Positions 39,337 through 47,034 of a stretch of 49,084 bases of DNA are shown piece by piece. Both the position numbers and the translations under genes were made by a program. Origin of the DNA: Eubacteriales bacterium (GTDB lineage: Bacteria > Bacillota > Clostridia > Oscillospirales > SIG627); NCBI GenBank assembly GCA_045531235.1, contig JAZSDQ010000045.1:1-49084 (forward strand). Direction: 5' to 3'. The notes under the pieces are model-generated. The model searched no databases. It was not told the DNA's origin and saw only the letters and a list, made by a program, of their open reading frames with translations. Each line of letters begins with the position of its first letter. Positions within the stretch are counted from its first letter, which is position 1.

Positions 39337-40431
39337 ATGGAACAAAAAGAAACAAAAGAAGAACAGAAAAAGTTTCATGGAAGAAGACGTTTTCACCGTC
39401 ACAAAGGAAAACAGAATAAGAACCGAGAAAAAACGGAAGCTCAGGAGAGCATTGTGAATTCGGAAGAGGCGCCTGTAGAGCTGAAACCCGAAGCAGCCGG
39501 TGAGGAAATTGTTCCTACGCCTTCCGAATCATTGGAAGCAAATAACGGCGATACGCTCCACGAAACCGTTGGTATCCGTTTTCGTCCCGTGGGTAAGATG
39601 TATAGCTTTTCTCCTGCAGGATTTGATCTTAAGATGGGTGACGAGGTCATTGTAGAAACGAGCCAAGGACCCGAATTCGGCTATGTTTCCGGCATATGCC
39701 GTATGACCAAAGAAAAAGATCTTGTTCTGCCTTTAAAGAAGGTACTGAGAAAGGCAGATGATAAAGACAAAAAGCGCAACGAAGAAAACAAAGCGTTGGA
39801 ACTGCGAGCGCGCAAGATCTTTTTGGAAAAAGTAACTGAGCATAACCTAGATATGGCTCTTTCCGACGTAGAGTGTTCTTTTGACAATTCTAAAATCATT
39901 TTTTACTTCACTTCAGAAGGCCGCGTGGACTTCCGCGAATTTGTAAAAGATATGGCAGCGATCTTCAAAACCCGCATTGAATTAAGACAGATCGGTGTTC
40001 GCGATGAAGCAAAACAGCTTGGAGGTCTTGGTATTTGCGGAAGACCGCTTTGCTGTGCCTCCTTCCTGGAAGATTTTCAGCAGGTTTCCATCAAAATGGC
40101 AAAGGAGCAAAATCTCTCCCTCAACCCCACGAAAATCAGCGGCACTTGCGGCAGACTGATGTGCTGCCTTCGTTATGAAAACGACGTTTACGTGGAAGCT
40201 GCAAAGCACTGTCCCAAGGCCGATTCCATCGTTATGACTCCCAAAGGAAGAGGCATCGTAACAGAGGCAAATATTCTGTGCGGAAAATGCAAGGTGAAGC
40301 TTGACGAGGAACCTGACAGCATCACTACCTACTCCGCCGAGGAGCTGAAAATTCTGCCCAAGCAGAAAAAGCCTCAGAATTCTCCTTCTCCCAACAATGA
40401 AAAAGAGAAAAAAGACGGAGAAATCCAATAA
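39337..40431 (+). CDS. ricT: PSP1-domain protein RicT/YaaT with N-terminal extension
   Basis: VGIRF...GK.Y; RVDFRE; TRIELRQIGVRDEAK; G.CGRPLCC; KISGTCGRLMCCLRYE. Confidence 0.93.
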   Translation: MEQKETKEEQKKFHGRRRFHRHKGKQNKNREKTEAQESIVNSEEAPVELKPEAAGEEIVPTPSESLEANNGDTLHETVGIRFRPVGKMYSFSPAGFDLKMGDEVIVETSQGPEFGYVSGICRMTKEKDLVLPLKKVLRKADDKDKKRNEENKALELRARKIFLEKVTEHNLDMALSDVECSFDNSKIIFYFTSEGRVDFREFVKDMAAIFKTRIELRQIGVRDEAKQLGGLGICGRPLCCASFLEDFQQVSIKMAKEQNLSLNPTKISGTCGRLMCCLRYENDVYVEAAKHCPKADSIVMTPKGRGIVTEANILCGKCKVKLDEEPDSITTYSAEELKILPKQKKPQNSPSPNNEKEKKDGEIQ

Positions 40432-40446
40432 AATTTCATAAAGCAC

Positions 40447-40474
40447 TTGAAATTTTGAAATGTAGTGCTATAAT
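40447..40474 (+). promoter_or_regulatory. Sigma-A promoter for ferredoxin
   Basis: TTGAAA-16 nt-TATAAT with TG extension. Confidence 0.65.
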
Positions 40475-40503
40475 ATTGATATCACTTTTTGGAGGTAACT
40501 CAA

Positions 40504-40677
40504 ATGGCATACATCATTTCTGAAGAATGTGTTGGCTGCATGGCATGTGTTGACGAATGCCCCGTTTCCGCTATCGTTGAGAAGGACGGCAAGGCTTCTA
40601 TCGACAAAGATGCTTGCATCGAGTGCGGCGCTTGCGCCGGCGTTTGCCCCGTAGAGGCTCCCCAGCCTGAGGCATAA
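40504..40677 (+). CDS. 2[4Fe-4S] ferredoxin (clostridial type)
   Basis: 57 aa; CVGCMACVDECP and CIECGACAGVCP; GGAGG RBS. Confidence 0.96.
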   Translation: MAYIISEECVGCMACVDECPVSAIVEKDGKASIDKDACIECGACAGVCPVEAPQPEA

Positions 40678-40689
40678 ATCTTAAAAAGA

Positions 40690-40719
40690 AAAAAAGGAAG
40701 CCTTAGGGCTTCCTTTTTT
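40690..40719. terminator. Bidirectional intrinsic terminator
   Basis: AAAAAAGGAAGCC-TTAG-GGCTTCCTTTTTT. Confidence 0.9.
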
Positions 40720-40727
40720 ATGCAAAT

Positions 40728-41021
40728 TTACTTGATCTCAAACAAAGAATCTTTTTTGATAAAGGGCAAAAGCTTTTCCGCTTTTTCCATTTCTCCCCGA
40801 TGCTCATAGCTTTTGCATCGAAGAAATAACAAGAAATTTCTCTTGCGGCCGCTTTTCACTTTCTTCTCTTTTTCATAAAGGTATTCAAGATATGATTCCT
40901 CTTTGCAAGAAGCACGAAAGTGTTTTGTTTCTCTCAGATAGAATACAAGAAGACTTGTAAAATACAAAAGAAGAACAAAAAGAAACACAGCTAAGATCCC
41001 AAAAATTACTGCCGGGGTCAT
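40728..41021 (-). CDS. Hypothetical small membrane-anchored protein
   Basis: ATG at 41021 after GGAGGTG; N-terminal TM; own promoter and terminator. Confidence 0.7.
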   Translation of the reverse strand: MTPAVIFGILAVFLFVLLLYFTSLLVFYLRETKHFRASCKEESYLEYLYEKEKKVKSGRKRNFLLFLRCKSYEHRGEMEKAEKLLPFIKKDSLFEIK

Positions 41022-41060
41022 ATCACACCTCCTAAACAATACCTTCACAAGCTTTTTTAC

Positions 41061-41089
41061 AGTATATCAGAAACTCTTCTATTTGGCAA
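41061..41089 (-). promoter_or_regulatory. Sigma-A promoter for the hypothetical gene
   Basis: TTGCCA-17 nt-TATACT with TG extension. Confidence 0.65.
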
Positions 41090-41111
41090 GGAAAAGCGGC
41101 GTTTTCCATTC

Positions 41112-41140
41112 TTGACGAAGAATTAAAAAAAGCATATAAT
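41112..41140 (+). promoter_or_regulatory. Sigma-A promoter for cysK
   Basis: TTGACG-17 nt-TATAAT. Confidence 0.75.
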
Positions 41141-41169
41141 TGATGTAAGAAATACACAGTGAGGTACTT

Positions 41170-42099
41170 ATGGCAATTTATACTTCTGTCGGTCAGATGA
41201 TCGGCAATACTCCCCTTTTGAAAATTAAAAATATAGAGAAAGAAGAAGATCTTTTTGCTTCTGTTCTCACAAAGCTTGAGGGAATGAATCCTGCAGGCAG
41301 CGCGAAGGACCGCGTTGCTTTGCAAATGGTTTGTGATGCGGAAGAAAAAGGCTTATTAAAACCCGGTGGAACCATCATAGAGCCTACCAGCGGTAACACG
41401 GGAATCGGCCTTGCCTCCCTGGCCGCTGCCAAAGGGTACAAGGCAATCTTTACCATGCCCGATACCATGAGCAAAGAAAGACAGCTCCTTCTCCGCGCAT
41501 ACGGCGCCGAGGTGGTCTTGACCGAGGGCGCCAAGGGGATGGCAGGCGCTATTGAAAAAGCAAACGAATTGGCTTCAGAAATCAAAGGTGCATATATCCC
41601 CGGTCAATTCGAAAATCCATCCAATGCCAAAGCCCATTATCTCTCAACAGCAAGAGAAATTATGGAGGATACCAACGGAAAGATTGATATTTTCGTAGCG
41701 GCAGTGGGAACAGGCGGCACCATTACAGGAACGGGACGGTATTTAAAAGAAAAGAATCCGAATATTCAGATCGTTGCTGTAGAACCGAAAAATTCTCCCG
41801 TATTATCCGGCGGAAAAGCAGGTCCTCACGGAATTCAAGGCATCGGCGCCGGTTTTATCCCCGAAGTGCTTGATACCAAGATCTATGACAAGGTCGTTGC
41901 TGTTACGGAAGAAGAATCCTACGAAGCCGCAAGAATGATGGCGCAAAAAGAGGGCGTTCTCGTTGGCATCTCCTCAGGCGCCGCACTCCACGTAGCGCTC
42001 AGCCTTGCAAAAATGAAAGAAAATAAAGGAAAGACCATTGTTGCTCTGCTTCCCGATTCGGGAGAAAGATACCTTTCCACTCCCCTGTTTGAGAAATAA
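41170..42099 (+). CDS. cysK: Cysteine synthase A
   Basis: IGNTPL; NPAGSAKDR with the PLP Lys; EPTSGNTG; GTGGT; H.IQGIGAGFIP; GISSGA; PDSGERYLST. Confidence 0.97.
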   Translation: MAIYTSVGQMIGNTPLLKIKNIEKEEDLFASVLTKLEGMNPAGSAKDRVALQMVCDAEEKGLLKPGGTIIEPTSGNTGIGLASLAAAKGYKAIFTMPDTMSKERQLLLRAYGAEVVLTEGAKGMAGAIEKANELASEIKGAYIPGQFENPSNAKAHYLSTAREIMEDTNGKIDIFVAAVGTGGTITGTGRYLKEKNPNIQIVAVEPKNSPVLSGGKAGPHGIQGIGAGFIPEVLDTKIYDKVVAVTEEESYEAARMMAQKEGVLVGISSGAALHVALSLAKMKENKGKTIVALLPDSGERYLSTPLFEK

Positions 42100-42129
42100 A
42101 AAAGCTGCCTTTCGGCAGCTTTTTTATTT
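42094..42129. terminator. Bidirectional intrinsic terminator
   Basis: AAATAAAAAAGCTGCC-TTTC-GGCAGCTTTTTTATTT between convergent cysK and leuS. Confidence 0.9.
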
Positions 42130-44532
42130 TTATTTTGCAACGATATTGACAAGTTTTCCGGGAACGTAGATTTCCTTAACGATGGTCTTGCCTGCAAGAA
42201 GATTCTTGATCGTCTCTTCTTCTTTTGCGGCGGCAATAACTTCTTCAGCCTTAGCATCTACGGCAATATTCATCTTCGCTCGGACCTTGCCCATGATCTG
42301 AATGGCAATTTCTACGGTAGCATCAATGCACTTTGCTTCATCATAAGTGGGCCATGCAGCTTCATTGAGCATTCCTTCAAAGCCGAGGAGCTGCCACATT
42401 TCTTCTGTCATATGAGGTGCGAAGGGATTGAGGAGGGTAATGAAGATCTTCAGTTCTTCTTTGGTAGCCTTGCCGGTAGCGGCAACATCATTGAGAAGTG
42501 CCATCAAAGCGGCAATGGCGGTGTTCATCTTCAGGCCTTCGATGTCTTCCGTTACCTTGCGAATGGTCTTGTGGAACGCGGTTTCCACTTCGCTGCGAAT
42601 CTCTCCTTCGGTGCAAATGTCCATCAGAGCCCAGACTCTGTCAAGGAATCTCTTGCAGCCCTTAATGGAAGCAGAGTTCCAGGGCGCAGCCTTTTCAAAG
42701 TCACCGATAAACATTTCGTAAAGACGCATGGTATCGGCGCCGTATTCGTTGACGATATCATCGGGATTTACCACGTTGCCGCGGGACTTACTCATTTTTT
42801 CGCCGTTTTCGCCGAGGATCATACCGTGGCTGGTACGCTTGGCGTAAGGCTCAGCAGTAGGAACTGCCTTGATATCGTAAAGGAACTTGTGCCAGAAACG
42901 GCTATACAGCAAGTGGAGGGTGGTATGCTCCATACCACCGTTGTACCAGTCAACGGGAAGCCAATAATCCATAGCCTCTTTTGCGGCAAGGGCATTATCA
43001 TTCTTAGGATCAATATAGCGGAGGAAATACCAGCTGGATCCTGCCCACTGAGGCATGGTATCCGTTTCTCTCTGCGCGGGAGCGCCGCACTTGGGACAGG
43101 TGGTATTCACCCAATCAGTCATTTTTGCAAGAGGAGATTCTCCGGTTTCCGTAGGTTCATAAGAATCCACTTCGGGAAGCTCCAGAGGAAGCTGATCTTC
43201 GGGGAGAGCAACAGCGCCGCAATGAGGACAATGCACAATCGGGATAGGTTCACCCCAGTAACGCTGACGGGAGAATACCCAGTCGCGGAGCTTGTAATTT
43301 ACTTTCTTTTCACCAACGCCGTTTTCGGAAAGCCACTCAATGATCTTTACCTTTGCTTCGTCAACGCTGAGGCCGTCAAGGAAGCCGGAATTGGTCATAA
43401 TACCGGTAGCACAGTCAACAAAAGCTTCTTTGGTTACATCGCCGCCTTTGACAACTTCAATGATAGGCAGACCAAATACTTTTGCAAAATCATAGTCGCG
43501 TTCATCGTGAGCAGGTACTGCCATAATGGCACCGGTACCGTAGGAAGCGAGAACGTAATCGGAAATGAAGATGGGGATCTCCTTGCCGTTTACGGGGTTG
43601 ATGGCAACCACACCCTGCAGACAGACACCGGTCTTTTCCTTAACGACTTCCGTTCTTTCAAAATCACTCTTCTTGGAAGAAGCGAGCTGATAAGCGCGGA
43701 TCTCTTCCATATTGCTCAGCTGAGAAGACCATTTTTCAATGAGGGCATGCTCGGGAGCCATAACCATATATGTAGCACCGAAGAGAGTGTCGGGACGGGT
43801 GGTATATACCTCAAGAACATCTCCTGCGCTGGTTTTAAACTTCACCTGAGCGCCGGTGGAACGGCCGATCCAGTTTCTCTGCTGTGTTTTGACACGTTCA
43901 ATGAAGTTGACATCGTCAAGACCGTTGAGGAGTTTTTCTGCATAATCGGTGATCTTCAGCATCCACTGACTCTTAACCTTACGAACGACCTCACTGCCGC
44001 AACGCTCACAAACGCCGCCTGCAGCTTCTTCATTGGCAAGTACACACTTACAGGAGGGGCACCAGTTTACTGCCATTTCCTTCTTATATGCAAGTCCTTC
44101 GCGGAAGAGCTGAAGGAAGATCCACTGAGTCCACTTATAGTAATCGGGATCGGTGGTATTGACTTCGCGGCTCCAATCAAAGGAAAAGCCGAGAGATTTC
44201 AACTGTTCCTTAAAATGAGCTACGTTCTTCTCCGTTACAATGGAGGGATGAATGTGATTCTTTATAGCAAAGTTTTCGGTAGGAAGGCCGAATGCGTCCC
44301 AGCCCATAGGATAGAGAACGTTAAAGCCCTGCAATCTCTTTTTGCGGCAAACGATATCCAGCGCGGTATAAGAGCGAGGGTGGCCTACGTGAAGACCTTG
44401 ACCCGAGGGATAAGGGAACTCTACCAAAGCATAAAACTTAGGCTTGGAATAGTCATTTGTAGCAACAAATGTTTCTTTTTCGTCCCAAATGTCCTGCCAC
44501 TTTTTTTCTGTGTTCTTAAAATTGTACTCCAT
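42130..44532 (-). CDS. leuS: Leucine--tRNA ligase
   Basis: FPYPSG.GLHVGH (HIGH); GWDAFGLP; TTRPDTLFG editing domain; [11 protein letters not shown]; KMSKS. Confidence 0.99.
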   Translation of the reverse strand: MEYNFKNTEKKWQDIWDEKETFVATNDYSKPKFYALVEFPYPSGQGLHVGHPRSYTALDIVCRKKRLQGFNVLYPMGWDAFGLPTENFAIKNHIHPSIVTEKNVAHFKEQLKSLGFSFDWSREVNTTDPDYYKWTQWIFLQLFREGLAYKKEMAVNWCPSCKCVLANEEAAGGVCERCGSEVVRKVKSQWMLKITDYAEKLLNGLDDVNFIERVKTQQRNWIGRSTGAQVKFKTSAGDVLEVYTTRPDTLFGATYMVMAPEHALIEKWSSQLSNMEEIRAYQLASSKKSDFERTEVVKEKTGVCLQGVVAINPVNGKEIPIFISDYVLASYGTGAIMAVPAHDERDYDFAKVFGLPIIEVVKGGDVTKEAFVDCATGIMTNSGFLDGLSVDEAKVKIIEWLSENGVGEKKVNYKLRDWVFSRQRYWGEPIPIVHCPHCGAVALPEDQLPLELPEVDSYEPTETGESPLAKMTDWVNTTCPKCGAPAQRETDTMPQWAGSSWYFLRYIDPKNDNALAAKEAMDYWLPVDWYNGGMEHTTLHLLYSRFWHKFLYDIKAVPTAEPYAKRTSHGMILGENGEKMSKSRGNVVNPDDIVNEYGADTMRLYEMFIGDFEKAAPWNSASIKGCKRFLDRVWALMDICTEGEIRSEVETAFHKTIRKVTEDIEGLKMNTAIAALMALLNDVAATGKATKEELKIFITLLNPFAPHMTEEMWQLLGFEGMLNEAAWPTYDEAKCIDATVEIAIQIMGKVRAKMNIAVDAKAEEVIAAAKEEETIKNLLAGKTIVKEIYVPGKLVNIVAK

Positions 44533-44554
44533 TTTTGTCGCCTCTTTTTCTTAA

Positions 44555-44911
44555 CTAATCTTCTTTACATTCAAATTGAATATTTTCTGCACCGTTCCAA
44601 AGCTTTTCCAAATTAAAGAACTGTCTTGCTTCGGAATCAAAAATATGGACGATGACATCGCTGTAGTCCATCAAGATCCAGCCGCCACCGGAATAGCCTT
44701 CGGTGCGATAAACCGTGATGCCGTCTTCCTCCCGAAGTTTAAATGAAACTTCATCGCAAAGAGCTTTTAAGTGGGTGGAAGAGGTTGCGGTTGCAATAAC
44801 AAAATAATCGGTGATAACCGTTTCATTCTCCACTTTGAGAATGGTGACCGCTTTTCCTTTCTTCTCATCCAGGATAGAAGCGATCCTTTTTGCTTTTTCT
44901 TGTGAGGTCAT
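44555..44911 (-). CDS. rsfS: Ribosome silencing factor RsfS, probably also or instead initiated at its own internal in-frame start
   Basis: AAGGAG-atcct-ATG at the domain boundary gives a normal-sized 118-aa RsfS. Confidence 0.75.
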   Translation of the reverse strand: MTSQEKAKRIASILDEKKGKAVTILKVENETVITDYFVIATATSSTHLKALCDEVSFKLREEDGITVYRTEGYSGGGWILMDYSDVIVHIFDSEARQFFNLEKLWNGAENIQFECKED

Positions 44912-46132
44912 AGGATCTCCTTTTTTTAGTCCATCCAGCGCCGCAAGGGTGCGAGGATGAATGGGTCTGTTATTCTCTTTCAGATGTGCCACCGTATCCT
45001 CCATCACTTGTCGGATGCAAGAGTCCAGGTGGTTTCTTCTTTCAGTCACATCTTCAGGCATATTTTCATAGAAGAAGCGGCGCATTTTCCGGCAGGCGTC
45101 GTAGGAGCGCTCCTCTTCTATGTAATCTGCAAAATAGAGAATTTTTTCTTCCAGGGACATTTCCCGATCCCCTGTGGTGTGGTTATAAATGGCAAGCAAG
45201 GCTTTCGGGGAAAGATGACCTTCTTCTTTTGCAACGAGAAATGCCGTAATGCCGTGAAGGACGGCAGGACTTTCCAGATCTTCCTCGGCGAATGTATAGC
45301 CGTATTCTTCTGCAAGAAGAATTTGCTCTTCCTTCGTTTTTTCCTTGGTCAGATCGTGGTAAAGCGCGGCTAGTCTTAACTCCCGTTCATTTGCCGCATC
45401 GAGGAGAAAAGCAAGTTCTCCGACTTCCCGTTCCACGGAAAGAATGTGAGCCAAGCGCGAAGGATCTACTTCCTTTTGTAAGTGGGAAAGCAATCGGCTT
45501 CGCACATTGTCTTCCCTGACTTTGTAAAGAGAGCCTTTGGAAATGTATTCATTGACCGAGGGAGAAAGGCGGAAGGAATACCCTTTTTCTTTCAATTCGG
45601 ATCGAATGTCAGTCGAAGACATTATATATGGTTTTTCCTCTAAAAGCAAGCACTGGGCAGAAAATTTCTCCTCCAGCTCCTTTTTTTTCGCCAAAAGCGC
45701 TTCCCTTTGAGAAAAACGGTCCATAACACACAAAGTGCAAAGGGAAAGCAGCGTTTCCGGCTCTCGCCACGTTTCAAACGAAAGAAACTGATCTGTTCCA
45801 ACAAAGAGGAAAAGCTCCGACTCAGGGTGTTTTTCTTTGAGTTTCCCCACGGTCAAAAGTGTATAGGATATTTCGGGTGAAAGGATCTCTATATCACTGA
45901 CCGTTACTTTTTCAGAAAGAGCTTCAAAGGCAAGGCGGCTCATTTCATAGCGCTCACGATCCTCGGCACCCCGACTGAGCGTTTTATGAGGCGGTGTGCC
46001 TGAGGGAATGACATAGACTATCTTCGGCTGCACTGCGGAGATAAAAGCCTGAAGGGCTTTTTCGTGGCCGCGGTGGGGTGGATCAAAAGCGCCACCGAAA
46101 ATACCGATTCTGTTATTCTTCAAACAGGGCAT
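44555..46132 (-). CDS. nadD: NadD-YqeK-RsfS fusion ORF (nicotinate-nucleotide adenylyltransferase + HD-domain Ap4A hydrolase + ribosome silencing factor)
   Basis: NadD: GIFGGAFDPPHRGH, PPHK, VG.DQF, SSTDIR. YqeK: R.AH...V, AALYHDLTK, VLHG, NHTTG, ADYIEE.R. RsfS: TDYFVIAT, WILMDY.DVIVHIF, NLEKLW. No stop codon between them. Confidence 0.9.
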   Translation of the reverse strand: MPCLKNNRIGIFGGAFDPPHRGHEKALQAFISAVQPKIVYVIPSGTPPHKTLSRGAEDRERYEMSRLAFEALSEKVTVSDIEILSPEISYTLLTVGKLKEKHPESELFLFVGTDQFLSFETWREPETLLSLCTLCVMDRFSQREALLAKKKELEEKFSAQCLLLEEKPYIMSSTDIRSELKEKGYSFRLSPSVNEYISKGSLYKVREDNVRSRLLSHLQKEVDPSRLAHILSVEREVGELAFLLDAANERELRLAALYHDLTKEKTKEEQILLAEEYGYTFAEEDLESPAVLHGITAFLVAKEEGHLSPKALLAIYNHTTGDREMSLEEKILYFADYIEEERSYDACRKMRRFFYENMPEDVTERRNHLDSCIRQVMEDTVAHLKENNRPIHPRTLAALDGLKKGDPMTSQEKAKRIASILDEKKGKAVTILKVENETVITDYFVIATATSSTHLKALCDEVSFKLREEDGITVYRTEGYSGGGWILMDYSDVIVHIFDSEARQFFNLEKLWNGAENIQFECKED

Positions 46133-47027
46133 TCACAAACTCCTCCGGATCGAAGGGCTGAAGATCATCGATCCCCTCCCCGACTCCGATAAATTTCACG
46201 GGGATTCCAAGTTCCTTTTTGAGAGAGAACACGATGCCGCCTTTGGCAGTACCGTCAAGCTTTGTAAGGACAAGGCCTGTAATGCCTGCACTGCTTTTAA
46301 ACTCTTTTGCCTGAGAAACGGCATTTTGTCCCGTAGTGGCATCAAGAACAAGGAGAACCTCACGGTCTGCCCCTTCCATTTCACGATCCAATACACGGCT
46401 GATTTTATTCAGTTCATCCATCAGATTTTTCTTATTATGAAGTCTACCCGCGGTATCAACGATCAATACGTCTGCATTGCGCTTCTTTGCGGCAGCAGCG
46501 GCATCAAAGACCACAGCGGCAGGATCGGCACCGTCGCCCTGAGAGACCATATCCACACCGATTCTCTCTGCCCAGATACCAAGCTGTTCCCGTGCAGCGG
46601 CACGGAAGGTATCTCCTGCGGCAAGAATGACCTTCTTTCCTTGCTTGGTAAGGAAAGATGCAATTTTTGCAATGGAAGTGGTTTTTCCTACGCCATTGAC
46701 ACCGATCACAAGAATAGACGAGGGCTTTGTTCCGATATTCAGATCAAGTCCGTCTCTTTGCAAAAGAGATACAAGGATCTCACGAAGCGCTTTTTTGGCT
46801 TCATCACCGGAGAAAATACGGTCCTCTGTTACTTTATCACGAAGGAGAGAGATGATCTCCATGGCCGTTTCTGCGCCAAAATCTGCCAGAATCAAAATTT
46901 CTTCCAATTCATCATAAAAATCGTCGTCGATCTCACCGGAAAGAGAACGAAAAAGAGCGTCGCTCCGATGGAGAATGGCATTTTTGGTTTTGGTAAGACC
47001 AAGTTTTAATTTTTCAAAAAATCCCAC
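46113..47027 (-). CDS. ftsY: Signal recognition particle receptor FtsY
   Basis: GTG start (GFFEKLKLGLTKT) after GAGGA; GVNGVGKTT; DTFRAAA; DTAGR; TKLDGTAKGG; GVGE. Confidence 0.98.
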   Translation of the reverse strand: MGFFEKLKLGLTKTKNAILHRSDALFRSLSGEIDDDFYDELEEILILADFGAETAMEIISLLRDKVTEDRIFSGDEAKKALREILVSLLQRDGLDLNIGTKPSSILVIGVNGVGKTTSIAKIASFLTKQGKKVILAAGDTFRAAAREQLGIWAERIGVDMVSQGDGADPAAVVFDAAAAAKKRNADVLIVDTAGRLHNKKNLMDELNKISRVLDREMEGADREVLLVLDATTGQNAVSQAKEFKSSAGITGLVLTKLDGTAKGGIVFSLKKELGIPVKFIGVGEGIDDLQPFDPEEFVNALFEE

Positions 47028-47034
47028 GGGTTCC

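Noticed and set aside
44533-44554. T-box leader for leuS (and for aspS at 8617-8645)
   Set aside because: The spacers are only 22 and 29 nt; both synthetases are internal operon genes with no room for a T-box.
42412-44616. 734-aa ORF antisense to leuS (also 6757-7944 opposite aspS, 46975-48372 opposite smc, and others)
   Set aside because: They mirror conserved genes codon for codon, show no recognisable motifs, and are explained by scarce TTA/CTA/TCA codons on the sense strand.
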